Source of the DNA: Eledone cirrhosa
Lineage: Eukaryota
Direction: 5' to 3'
DNA length: 64,000 bases
NCBI GenBank assembly: GCA_964016885.1
Contig: OZ024743.1
Span: 181,164,001-181,228,000, forward strand
Both the position numbers and the translations under genes were made by a program. Shown piece by piece: positions 12,318-25,328 of this stretch; the first letter of the stretch is position 1; each line of letters begins with the position of its first letter. The notes beneath the pieces are model-generated. The model did no database searches and was not told where the DNA came from. It saw nothing but the letters and a program-made list of their open reading frames with translations.

Positions 12318-12830
12318 CATATGTATTTGAATTTCGTATTTGAAGCTGAATAAGTTGGCTCAACTTATAATAGAATAGAATTAGAATTTAGCTTCGAACA
12401 TAGCTGTATACAAATATGTATTTGAATTTGTATTTCTAAATAAACATTTAAAAAGCCGTAGCTATGCAAAAAGACTGGCAGCTAACGCCACCCAGCAGTC
12501 TCCGGCAGAAGCAAGGGGGACAATCGTTGATGCATTTTGAACTGAACTGGTTCTCGTCAAGACGATCTCTCCCGCACTTGCAACTGCTAGGCTTTGAAAA
12601 CAGGCGAGAATATATAGTTTTCTCGTCTGTGTAAATCAGGTGATGTAGTAGTAGTAGTAGTAGTAGTGGTGATGGTGGTGGTGGTGGTGGTGGTAACAAC
12701 ATGTCTGTTCAGTGTTAACTGTTGTTATTGACATGTCTTCTAAATAAACATTTACAAGATTCTGTTTGGTGATAACAGATACATAGTAAATAGGCATGAC
12801 ATACACACACTCTCACACACACACACTCAC

Positions 12831-12895
<65 letters not shown>

Positions 12896-12966
12896 TATAT
12901 ATATACATATATACACACATATATACATACACATGTATACACACATATATATACACAGGTACATAC

Positions 12967-13045
<79 letters not shown>

Positions 13046-13504
13046 CTGTATTACATTGTAAATATATGTGTGCCTGTTTGTCTCTGTATGTTCTCTGCGT
13101 ACGCATGTGTGACTCTCTGGGTGTCTTTGTGTCTGTGTGTGTGTATGTGTGTATCTCTGTGTGTGTGGACAATTTAAAATCTGATGGGGGATAATGTTGT
13201 CAAACTTGAAATAATGAAATTTTAGGCGCCTTTTAATATAATCGCTAAGATGGCAGCTAAGAGATATGAGGTTCAAGTTTCTACACGAGGCTCGCTGGGG
13301 GGGGGGGGGGGGGGGGTTCTGTTTTTAAATTAACTTTTATAATATTTGATATGGACCTCCGTCAGTTTCGATGATGAGTGTTCTAGTTGTTAAAATTAAC
13401 ATAGGGCTGAGAATAAAACAGACAACGAAATTCAGTTTGTGACATGGCTGGCTTTTGGGATTACAAGTATAACTCATTTTTTTCCTGTTGGTAGTACTGT
13501 AGCA

Positions 13505-13587
<83 letters not shown>

Positions 13588-13588
<1 letters not shown>

Positions 13589-13720
13589 CCAGAAATAGCC
13601 GTCGAAACGGCTTGTGCTCTGCCGTCGGAGTATTGAACATTTTCCTATTACCCACTCTACTACTCTAAGTATTGAGTACTCTGGTGCGTTATGGTCCACC
13701 TGGTTCCTTACCACACTTCC
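13588..13720 (+). mobile_element. 5'-truncated fragment of the hammerhead-bearing element seen at 183-290
   Basis: CCAGAAATAGCCGTCGAAACGGCTTGTGCTCTGCCGTCGG matches 236-275; flanked by (TA)/(TATG)n. Confidence 0.65.
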
Positions 13721-14527
13721 TTCGTTATATATATATATATATTAGCGATTCTTTGCTTAAACTTTAATCTGTTATTTTAATAAATATTTGCTCTACGGTT
13801 CTTATATATTTGATATATATTTATCCTTATCGAGCCCTCTTTGGATTTTAGTCTTCAAATTTATTATTATTACTATATATATATATATATTTATATATTG
13901 GAAAATGTGTGAGATCCTTGGTACAGTTAGGTATATTTGAAAAAAAGGAAAAGAATGACTTCACTTGTAGTGTTAACAAATTTATGATTTAATGTTATAA
14001 TATAATATTATAATATTATGAGTTGGTAGATCCAGTAAGTTCTTTGTTAACTTCGGTGGGAAGAATTTTTGAGATTCCTGGTTAACTTGGGTTGCAGAAC
14101 TTTCTCGCATTCGTCTGTCTGTGGCGATTGTCAAACTGAGATCAGGTTGTGTTGAAATGTGTGACTATATATAAGAGAGATTTGGATGTGTCTTTCTATA
14201 ATCAAGACAACCTGATCTCAGTTTGACAATCTCCTTCTCTCCCATTGGTTAATGCTACTTATATGTACTACTGTGTCGTGTTTCCCTCTCTCTATCGGTA
14301 TCTTTTTCTTGTTTTTTTTCTTCTGTTTATTTTCTTTTTCTGTCGTTCTCTTCACTATCGTCTCTGGTTTTTTTTTTTTGGGGGGGGGGTAGTTTGGGGG
14401 GGGTTTTGTTAGTTTTTTTTTTGTTTTTTTTTTGTTTCCTCCTCTAATAATTATACCTCGTAGTTATTAACGCACTGTGGTGAGATGTACTGTCTTTAAT
14501 GCGTCGAAACATTACCGAAGAGCGGGA

Positions 14528-15210
14528 CAGAAATCCCTGGCCTGGCAGTGGTACCGAGGAGTTTTGCCGGTTCAGGATAAACTCTACAGGCATGGAAGTG
14601 CCGTGAGCCGGGCCTGTCCGAGATGCGCGCAGACGACGAAACCGTCCTGCACGCACTCGTCCAATGTCCGAGCATCGCTGACTTGTGGGTTTATGTCGAA
14701 CACCTGCTGTCGCGTGTAGAACGGATCCGGCTATCAGCTGAGTCCATCGTGGGGATTGCTCCGCCGCCTTCCTTTAGCCGGGAAGGGCAGGCAGTTTTTA
14801 TCTGCCTGGTGGCCATGGTAAAAGAGGTCGTATGCTGGACGCGTCTGAAAGGGTTGAAGACGGGTACTTTCCTCTTCAGTGACGCCCTCATTAACTTTAT
14901 CAGGTTTCACCTGAAAAGGAAAATCAGGGTGGAGAGGGAAGTGCTGCCTGTAGAATTGTAGGAGGAAAATTGGAAGAGAGCGCTTGCCCTAGCGGTCAGT
15001 GTAACCGTGGCTTTTTTTGTGGGCTTTCTCCACGAGTGTCCTTCGGAAGTCCCCCCCCCCCCCCTATTGGGGAATTTTTCCTTGTTTCTTTTTTTGTTAC
15101 ATTCTCTATTTTTGTTTTTTTACAAAAAGAAATGCCCATTTGTACCGTCCTGTGATGTCCGGTGCTGTCCTTAATGTTATACTTTGTATCAACCCTTGTG
15201 GTTAATAAAG
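14528..15210 (+). mobile_element. Tx1A 3' fragment (zinc-finger end of ORF2 plus 3'UTR), degenerate
   Basis: QKSLAWQ.YRG.LPV.DKLYRHG..CPRC; aligns to 53898-54638 with an internal deletion near 14946. Confidence 0.9.
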
Positions 15211-15287
15211 TACCAGTAATGTACTCGGTAATTGCTGGCCTTGTGCCAAAAGTAGAAATAATAATAATTATTATTATTATTATTATT
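15204..15287 (+). mobile_element. ATT-tailed SINE 3' end plus (ATT)n
   Basis: AATAAAGTACCAGTAATG..GGTAATTGCTGGCCTTGTGCCAAAAGTAGAAA matches 63592-63647. Confidence 0.85.
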
Positions 15288-18200
15288 GTTTTTTGAGTCT
15301 CAGTCATTGATGTTATTTAACTGGAAAGTTTGTTGAAATGAATATCAAGCCACTACCTGCAGCCTCAGATATTCAGGACGTATCGGAGGGTTCTTGCTGT
15401 TCCCAGCAAGCATGCCATTTGAAGTGTTCCAAAAAGCGGGGCTGGATTAATCTTCTTTAACCATCCTTGGAAACCCGTTGAGATAGTCCCCAGTGCGCCT
15501 ATGACAATCGAGACGACCTTGACTTCATGGCAGTTCCAAATCCTTTTTACCTCCCACTTTAAGTCCTGGTATCGGTTAATTTTCTCCCTCTCCTTTTCTT
15601 GCACTCTCGTGTCAAATGGGCAGGCTACATCTACAATCAGGCACGATCTTTTTTCCTTGTCCAAAACCACCAGGTCAGGCCTATTGTGTTCTAATTTCTT
15701 GTCCGTCTGTATCCTAAAATCCCATAGCACCTTCACCTGATCGTTTTCTATCACCGACTCTGGCTTATGCTCATACCACTTCTCAGAATGTGGTAAATTG
15801 TTTACTTTCCATAGGTGCCAGTGGATCACCCTGCCCATCACATCATGTCTCCAGCCCTTATAGTGAGTCTGGGCTAGGTGTTTACACTCGGATACAATGT
15901 GAGCCACAGTCTCCTCTCTCTCTCTCCACAGATCCTGCACAGTGGGCTAGCCTCCTCCTTGTAAATATGGTGTTTCAACCACTTCGTTTTGAGGGCCTGC
16001 TCCTGCGCAGCCATTAACATTCCTTCTGTAGCCTTTTTAAGGTCTCCTCTTTTCAACCAGTTCCATGTCTGTGGATCTCTAAATTCAGTTTTCCCAAAGA
16101 AGGTGCTATGAAGGGATTTTTCCTGAAGGCTGATCTTTCTCCTTGATGTTATTTCCTCCTTGGACATCCCCTGGTCTATTGTCCCCTCCTTCAGTACAGT
16201 TCTGAGCATTGGCTCCTTACTATCAGTCACGTATTTGTGTAGGTTGTTTTTCTCCATCCGAACACAGTCCTCTATGCTGATAAGACCTCTTCCAGCTTCA
16301 GATGTCCTTAAGCAGAGTCTATCGACATCACTCCTCTTGTGGAGCATGTTGTAGATAATCAATAGCTTCCTAGTCTTCCTATCCATTTCTTTTTGTTCAG
16401 CAACATTCCATCTCAGAATTCCCGCACTGTACCTAATAATAGACACAGCTCGGGAATTTACTGCACTTATGGCATTCCTACTGTTCAGATGTGACTTTAA
16501 TACGCTCCTTGCTCTCCGAATGTATTCAGTTCTTATCAATTCCTTCATTTTTTTGTTCTTGGTGTCATCAGCCTCCAGAACACCCAAATACTTGTATCCT
16601 TCTTCAGAGTCAATTTCCTTTATCATCTCACCTGTTGGTACCTGGATTCCGTTACTTCTGCTCAATTTACCCCTCTTCATCACAATGACTTCACACTTAC
16701 TAATACCAAATTGCATACATATATCATTGCTGAAAATACGGACAGTGTCAACAAGCACATCCAACTCCTTCTCACTCTTCCCGAAGAGCTTAAGATCGTC
16801 CATGAAGAGGAGATGATTGATGGTAAGCCCTCCCTTTCCCAACCTGTATCCTGCTCTCACTTTTCGCAGTACACTGGTCAGGGGCATCAGGGCAAGGACA
16901 AACAACAGAGGGGACAGACTATCTCCCTGGAAGATACCTCTCTTGATCTTCACGCTTCCCAAGGATTCTCCAGTTGATGTTAACTCTGTTTACCAGGACT
17001 TCATACTTTTGCCCAACAACTGTCTGATGTTATCTGCCACCTTGAAGATCTCCAGGCTTTTGGTGATCCAAGAATGAGGCACCATGTCAAATGCCTTTTT
17101 GTAGTCTATCCATCCCATGGCAAGACCAGTGTGTCTCCTCTTGCAATTCCTCATTACCATCTTATCAATAAGTAACTGGTCCTTTGTACCACGGGACTTC
17201 TTTCGTCATCCTTTCTGTTCGTCCGATAACAAGTTGTTTGCGTGGAGGTGATGGTAGATTTCCTCAGACATAATACTTGTCAACAGTTTCCACATTACGG
17301 ACAGACATGTGATAGGTCTATAGTTGGTAACATCATTACCCTTGATTCGGTCTTTCATTATCAGAACTGTGGTACCTTTTTTCAACCACTCTGGTACCTC
17401 ACCTGACATCAAGCAGTCATTGAACATGGTTGTCAGTTTCGGGTGGAGGGATGTTATATTTTTAATCCAATACCCCTGCACACCATCTGGTCCTGGTGAT
17501 TTCCAGTTGGTTAGTTTTTTGGCCAGTCCCTTAAGAGTTTCAACTGTGATACTCAAATCAGTTTGTTGGTGTGCCTGTTCACTAATCTCCTTCTGTACTG
17601 TCTCAATCCACACTGCCTGGTCATTATGTTTAACATCCTGCTCCCATATTCCTCTCCAGAATGTTTTAGTTTGTTCCGCCTCCGGGATCAAGTCGTTGCC
17701 TCTTTCTTTCCCTTCAAGCTGTCCAAACAGCATCTTCTGGTTGTTGTCGAACATGCGGTTCTGTCTATACTGACTGACTCTGCTCTCATATCGCCTAATC
17801 TTTGCACTCTATGCTACAATGCGTTGCTTCAGTTCCTCTATGATAATATTTAGCTTTTTCCTCCTAGTTTTGTACTTTATTTCCAGTATATTTTTAGTGT
17901 CTATGTTTTTTAGTGTCCCATTCAGTAGGGACTCAAGCTTTCCAATGTCATTTCTCATTTCCCTGATTTGACCACTCAGTCGTTTCTTCCACCAAGGCTC
18001 TGATCTTTCTTGTCTGTTATTTCCTCTCGCTTTTATGCCAAGTAATTTCCTCACCGCATTTGCTGTTGCCTTGAGGATATTGTTGCACTGGTGAAGGTTC
18101 CTCGCTTCAAGGTATGGGATGACTTTGTTTACCTTAGCTTTTGTTTCTTTTAACTTTTTCCTGTCTACAAATCTTAAGTTCATAGGTTTCCCACTATCAT

Positions 18201-19877
18201 TGTTCATTTCATCTACCACTAAGTTTAGGATATCAACCAAATCTTGTCCTAGCCCGTCAGCATTCATCTCCTCAGTGGCTGTATCTCTGTTCCAGGTATT
18301 ATTTATCTCAGCATTCAGATCATTTTCTGCTTTGGATGGTTCCTCCGTTCTCTCGACCTCTTCACCTTCATTTCCCACTGTCTCGTTTGCCTGGCATACT
18401 CCACTCTCCATCTCCAAGCTAATCTCTCTGCTCAGTTCCTCCAGTTCCAGCTCGCTTATCCACCCATTAGTTCTTATTACCCGAGCCTGCCCGGCCAATT
18501 TTTGTTCATCTAATTTAAATAGACCAATCTCGTTCCATATGTTATGCATCCGTTTCCTATAGCCTTTCTCCTTGGGGTTACTCTTCAGGTAACATTGCAT
18601 AACAGCTCTATTCAATTCTTTCGTCCAGTTGGTTCTGGTCCCTTTCCTTCTTCTTCCTCCGACACCAGCAGTGAGCCAGGGAGCACCTGTTGGGTGAGAG
18701 TCTGTCACATGACATTCTAGTCTCCATTTCACCGTTATTCGAACTGTTGAGGTTCGACATTTAAACACTCTTATCGAGGATTGGCGAATGTATGGTTACA
18801 TAACCACCGGTGATTTCGTCACTCCACGTGATTTTTGTGTGGCATTATCACGCTGTAGACGAACATAAATAAACAAACGAACAAACAGGCAAAAAAAAAA
18901 AAAAAATGAATAAGCATAAGTTTTATTGTAATGTAATGTTTGAATGTCTGACTTAGTTTTTCCCTTCCCTTCTCTGTCCGTCTGTTTGTTTTTCTCTTCA
19001 TTTTTCTTTTCTTTACGTATTTCGTTGTTGCTGTGCTGCTTTGATTTTGACTTTTGGTTTTTTGATTTTGACCGGGTCATCAATTCAGTCTATTTATATA
19101 TTTTGATGCCTTCCTCTTTTAGTGGGGACACTACGATGTAGCGGGAGAGAATAACGGCGGTAGTGATAATGAGGCAGTGGTGGTGGCGGTGGTGGTGCTG
19201 TGCTAGCAGCACCTAGCAGGAGGTAGTGGGAGAGAATAGCGGCGGTAGCGATAATGAGTCAGGGGTGGTGGTGATGTGATCGTAGTACTGTAGTGATGGT
19301 GTTGAAGTTGGAGTAGAAATAGCGGTTGAGGCGACTTGACCATAGTTTTCATCGTGGTAGTGGTGGTGGTGTTGGTGGTGAAATTATCTTTAGCTATTTA
19401 GTTATTTAGTCATTTTGCCATTTTTCTCCTTTTCGAATATTAATCTTGTTTATTAATATTGACTATTGATACCGCCACCTTCTCCTTTCGTAAGTTAAGA
19501 TAAGGTAATGGGGGAATAGCGGTGGTAGCAATGAAGGAGTGGTGGCGGCGGTGATGGGATAGTGGTAGTAATCATGGATGGGTGGCGGCGGCGGTGACTG
19601 TAGTGATGGCGTTGTCGTTACTGAGTTTTGTTGAATAGACTGTATTTTTGTTTGATCGGTGAATCTATGGGGTTTGTCGCGTATATGTGTTGACATATTT
19701 TCTTAATATTGGAATTAAACATTTTGTTAAAACTTGAGACAATAATAATAATAGTAATTATTATTATTATGCTGAGATTGGTGGTGGTGGTGGTGAAATT
19801 GGCTGTTGTATTTAGTGTACACAGAGGGGTGATGGGGTAGGTGGTGTATCTAGTTTCTGGTGTTGGTGAAATTGCTG
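15288..19877 (-). mobile_element. R4/Dong-clade non-LTR retrotransposon, subfamily A, near full length
   Basis: Colinear with 54684-58904 and 58928-63472; (ATT)n at both ends. Confidence 0.92.
15365..18727 (-). pseudogene. Disrupted RT-CCHC-RLE ORF (ORF pieces 17809-18768, 17206-17754, 15874-16962, 15365-15940)
   Basis: YRPITCLS, GIFQGDSLSPLLF, LFMDDLKL, CRIC..H, RHD, RPDLVV..DVACP; stops and frameshift relative to the intact copy. Confidence 0.92.
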
Positions 19878-19900
19878 TTATTATTATTATTATTATTATT

Positions 19901-21616
19901 ACAGTTGCATTTACCTTGCTTTATGTTCATACGAGTTATCACCAAGTCACAACCAGTGACCTCAAGAGACAACAAGGTCCGCCATGTTCAAGAAAGAACA
20001 TACATACTCACACATGCATCTTTAGTGTCTAGACTTGTGATGTACTTATATTGACAGAATCTTCCTTAGTATATGGGCAGTTCCCATTAGTACTATATTT
20101 TGTATTTCTCCTATATGCGGGTTTCCTGGAATTTGCGATAAGTAATCATTAGACCCTTAGGTATCATTCCTAGAGCGCCTACAACCACTGGTATTGTTTT
20201 AGTTCTCAATTTCCACATTTTTCCAATTTCTATCTCCAGGTCCTTATACTTGTTCAATTTTTCAATGTTTTTATAGATACATTCTTGTCTATTGGAACGG
20301 ACATATCAATTAGCAGGCATACCCTCTTTTTAAAGTCCTTTAATATTATATCAGGTCTATTTGCATTTATTTTTCGGTCTGTTTGGATGCTTTTTTCAAG
20401 TATGGGAGGTGGTTGATGCTCTCACCAATTCTTTTGATGGGGCAGGTCAAAATGCTTACACATTATCCAATGTATGTATTGTGCAGCTCTGTCATGCCTG
20501 TTTAGGTATTCGGTTGGAGCTATAGGACTGCACATTGAAATTATATGGTCAATGGTCTCTGGTTGTTTTTTACATACACGGCATAATGGGCTGCCTCCAT
20601 TTTTTATTATGTTGGCTTGGTAATTTTTTGTTGGCAGACACTGATCTTGTGCTGATATAATCAGTCCTTCAGTCTCCGATTTCAGTCCAGAGGACGCCAA
20701 CCACTGATGGGTTAAAGTTTTGTCAACATCAGGATTGTTAGCTCGTTCTGGGTATTTTCCATACAGAGGCTATTCTTGCCATTTCTTAGCCAGTTTCTGT
20801 AGCAGTTCTTTCTTTGCAGTTACTTTTACCTGCTTTGCTTTTTCTGTGTTTTCCATTTCAGCAGTAAATGGGACTTCTGAAATGTGTAGTCCATTACTGT
20901 ATCTTTGTGCATCTTTTGTAATGGAGTATGATCTTTTGATGCTTTCGTGTTTCAAAACGAGTTTTATCATCCAATCATGTGATTCCCTTAGATATGTAGA
21001 TAATCCAATTGTTGCAGTTTTCAACGCAATGTCTAACTGGATTAACCCACGTCCTCCTTCTTTCCTAGGGAGATATATTCTATCTATATCTGCCTTAGGG
21101 TGATGCATTCTGTGCATGGTTAAGAATTTTCGAATTTTTGTATCGAGCCTACGGATCTCTGTGCTTGACCAGTTGATGACATTGTAACTGTAGGTTAATA
21201 CTGGTATGGCAAGCGTGTTTATGGCATCGATCCTATTCCTTGCATTCAATTCCCTTCTTAACATTGCTCTTACTCTGCGGTGACATTCCTTCCTTATCCT
21301 TTCCCTCATTGTCGAGTGCTTGATTCCGTCTCCTTCACAAACACCTAGATATTTGTAAGTTTCCTCTTGATCAAGTTCTCTTATCACATTCCCTCGATCA
21401 AGATTAATGTCTGAACTTTTCAGCAGCTTTCCTCTGGTGAACGTTGCTTTGGCGCATTTATCTAGTCCAAACTCCATTTTAATGTCATCACTGAACTGCT
21501 CCACAGTGGATAATAGCCCTTGCAATTGTTCATCATTTTTTGCAAATAGTTTCAGGTCATCCATGTAGAACAAGTGATTAATGATTTTGTCATAGACTTT
21601 ATATCCATGTTTTGTT

Positions 21617-21620
<4 letters not shown>
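19901..21620 (-). mobile_element. 5'-truncated R4/Dong-clade element of a distinct family (family C); ORF remnant 20046-21620
   Basis: FYMDDLKLF, YKYLG, GGRGL, CRVCKKQPETIDHIISMC, RHD, GTAHILRKILSI-stop; flanked by (ATT)n 19878-19900 and 21619-21681. Confidence 0.9.
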
Positions 21621-21681
<61 letters not shown>

Positions 21682-22404
21682 GGCGACCTACGTAGTAAAT
21701 CGTATCATCGTTAGCTCCGCAAAGGTTTGTTATTTCCGTTTGTTAAAAATTGCCATTTATGGAAAATTGTTATTGTTAACTATATATAAGCGCACATACA
21801 TTGTTTTCCGAAAAGGACATCCAAAAAGATTGGGGCCTTGTACCCAAAATTTAAACTTTTATGATTATCAAAAAATTTCTTTGTAAAAAAATGGCTAATT
21901 CACCACTGCACCAAGCAGCTGAAAGCCTTTCTCACAAATTAACACCTCACACCGACACCACCATTGTAAATGATACTACGTCTGCCAACACACACAATTT
22001 AAGCACTAGCAATATTTTAAGTTTGTCTCAGGCAGACATTCATTTCCCGCCATTACCAATGACTGTTAAAGCACCCACCACCACCACCACCGCGACAACC
22101 ACCACCCCCACCACCACCGCGACAACAGAAACAAAAGGAAAACATAAATCAAATCGTGATGTCGAAATATTTTCAACCAAAATGGACTCTCCCAAACCGA
22201 ACTTCACTGACGTCACCACCACCACAACTGAAACTAAAATTAATAATAACAAAAATAACGATAGCAACAACAACAACAATGACATTAAAAAAACCACCCT
22301 GAGTTTTGCCAGAGTAGCAAAACAGTGCGAAGCATATACGGTAACTCGGGAGGAATTAGAAAATGGCAAACAAATGGTAAAGAAAGATGGGTACAGGGTC
22401 AGCC

Positions 22405-22435
<31 letters not shown>

Positions 22436-24005
22436 ACCACCACCACCACCTAATAAAATGGAGCATCGGCGCCTATGCACCGTGTCGTATCGAACAATAA
22501 ATGTAAAATCGCGCCGAGTGGAACGGGCATCCGAGTCCCAAATCCAAAAAGCTTTGGGACATGTGTGGGCAAGAAAAACCCACATCAGACGTGGGCAGAA
22601 GTATGGAACCGTGGACGTGTTCTTTGAAACACCAGAAAAGGCTAGAAAATACTCCATGGCCCCATTAAGAAGTGACGACTTCACACTCGTCCCAAGCTAT
22701 TGTGGCCAGAGACTCGTAAAGATCAGAGTGACCCACGTTCCACCGGCCATCGAAATTCCCTGGCTAATAGCGGCCGTCCTCACCGGCATCGAAGCCAACA
22801 CAAAGATAATAGCAATAGCAAAAGAAAAGCAGGAGAACTGGTCCGGATCTGGGATGGAGCTCCTGATCCAAGCGAACCAAAAAAGCATTGAGGAGATCCC
22901 AGAGGTAATAGACCTCACTGACGGCAGCTACCTCACCGTAATTGTCGAGGGCAGAAGGCCTAGGTGTGTCGTTTGTGGTGAAGGAACCGACCTAAGGGCT
23001 TTCTGCCCTCAGGCTAAAAGGTTGAGGACACCTCTCCTACCCACCCCAGTGACACAACCATCAACACCACCAGTAGCAGAGATGGCAGCAACAACTGTAG
23101 CAGCAACAACAGAAGCAACTATAACAGCAACAACGCCAGCAACAGTAGCAAAACCAACACCACCACCACCAGCAAGACCAACACCACCACCACCCAACGC
23201 TTCAGAACTAACACCAGCGCCTACACCATCCACCACGCCACAACCAAAACTAACGCCTGTGGAGGATTTTTCACTCCCCAGCCTATCACAACTGGAGACA
23301 GATTGTGACGACGAGGAGTGGGTAACGGTATCAGGAAGAAAAAAAAGAAACCCAAAAAGAAAAAATTCTCTTCCTTCCCCCTCCAAAAACAAAATACATA
23401 GGGAAACAAATAAATTAACAAACAAAAAAGTTAGGACAGATATGCCACCATCCACACCAGCATCACCAACCCCATCAACCCAAACACCAACACCATCACC
23501 ATCATTAACCCCAACACCACCATCACCTACACCACAAAAGTCACCAAAATGCGAAACAGAAACAAACCCACAACAAACGCAAACAAAACAAAACAACCAA
23601 AACGATACACACTACACAGCATTAAATTTGAACAACAAGCAATTATTACACTACATCCAACACAACACCAGCATCACAGAAAAGGACTACACAACAACCC
23701 AAAAATTCACACCACCTCCACACATACAAATCACTCGCATCACACAGAAAACGTACATGGCACTAAAACAAAAATTCCCCAAAGACATCGGAGACTTCCG
23801 ACAAGCACTCTCCAGGAGGATTTATAAGGACATCCTTCCTGAGGAGGCCACAAGCAGTGAAAAGGATGGAAAAACCGTCCTTCCTCTACGAGAAGTAAGG
23901 TAAGTGGTCTTTCCCATCTTTTCCACTCCTTTTCAACATGACCTCACTCAGAATAGGCAGCATAAATGCGCGTGGTTTGGGGTCGTCATGGAAGCAGGGC
24001 CACCT
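21682..24005 (+). mobile_element. Tx1A element, 5' part (5'UTR, ORF1, first ~22 codons of ORF2), 3' part lost
   Basis: Starts GGCGACCTAC directly after (ATT)21; colinear with 48738-51046. Confidence 0.92.
21891..23903 (+). CDS. Tx1A ORF1 (Gag-like nucleic-acid-binding protein); zinc knuckle H->D
   Basis: Open frame; CVVCGEGTDLRAFC (H in the other copy); T/P-rich linkers; ATG 21891 conserved at 48945 whereas ATG 21861 is not. Confidence 0.8.
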
Positions 24006-24749
24006 AGTTATTTATTTATACTTCTCTTAGGTCAGTGGTTTGTTTGGGTGTTGTTGTTATTCCATTCATTCTTTCTGTTTAGCCTTGGCCTTCTAAGTTC
24101 TATTTCACTGGCCTCTCTGATTTGCATATCTGCTGGGTCATTTCTATGTTTAGCTATTATTCTAATTTCTATGTTGTCTATGTTACCGTTGTGTTGTTGT
24201 CTGGCATGTTCGTATAGTACAACACTGACCTAAGAGAAGTATAAATAAATAACTAGATAAATAAATAAATAAATACATACACAAGCACAATAACAACAAA
24301 CACATATAAACACACACTAGTAAAGATAGAATACATTAACCAATACACAGTCACCCAATCACGAACACACATCAAACAAAACACTTATACACACACGCAA
24401 ACGCATGCGCAAAGAATACAAAATAAAATAAACAAATAAATAAATATATAAACAGACTAAATAAAGTTGGCGTAGAAAATACAATGCAACGGGAGGAAAC
24501 AATAGCACCACTGACGATGTTGCAGATGTGCAACGAAAGAACTTTGATGAACTATATATATGTGTTTGTGTCTATATTGCATCTGTATTATTTTTGACCG
24601 TTGGTCAGTCAATGGCAACATTGAGGACCGAATAAATTAGATTACCGATATAAAAGACACAGAAGCGAAAAGCGAGAACCAACCAAACAGTGAGTGTGTT
24701 CTGTTATTAATTCTGGCAATATTACACAAATATGACCCTCCCCAAGTAT

Positions 24750-24750
<1 letters not shown>
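24004..24750. mobile_element. Penelope-like element remnant with 5' inversion: GIY-YIG C-terminus (minus strand, ~24033-24230) and plus-strand 3'UTR with hammerhead motif
   Basis: Minus frame SVVLYEHARQQH..IRIIAKH..MQIREASEIELRRPRLNRKNEW; 34-bp IR 24004-24037/24223-24256; ends in (TA)n. Confidence 0.75.
24505..24550 (+). ncRNA. Minimal hammerhead-like motif
   Basis: CTGACGA 24511-24517, stem II GTTGCA/TGCAAC, GAAA 24535-24538, palindromic AAAG-AA-CTTT, weak stem I. Confidence 0.5.
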
Positions 24751-24790
<40 letters not shown>

Positions 24791-24804
24791 TATATTATAT
24801 ATAG

Positions 24805-24936
<132 letters not shown>

Positions 24937-25328
24937 GAGACGGGGATAGAGAGTGATTTATATACATGTTAGTGTGTTGTGTATGTGAAAGTATATAAGT
25001 GCATTGTTACTAGTATGGATGTTAGTAGCTTGCTGCTTATATTTCAGAAGCATTCATATGTGGAGTGGAATTGGATTAGGTTGTTAGTAAAGTAGTGTGC
25101 CAGTTATTAAGTATAATTGGGGAAATATGCTCGGTTCTTTAAGTGCTCTGCTTTTTGGAAGAAGGTCAGAAAATGATTGACCTAGCTTTTTCTATGTTAT
25201 GTGAACTTCGGGAAATTGCTATAGAATTTGATTTCATTCATATTTCACTGGTTTAATTTCAGCAAAAAAGAATAAAATATAAAATTTGGTTGGTTGTTTC
25301 AACTGTATGCAATTTGTAAAGCAGAGAT

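Noticed and set aside
24960-25325. Possible L2/CR1 3' remnant on the minus strand (RTEHISPII..WH)
   Set aside because: Single short motif in a heavily broken frame; insufficient without an alignment.
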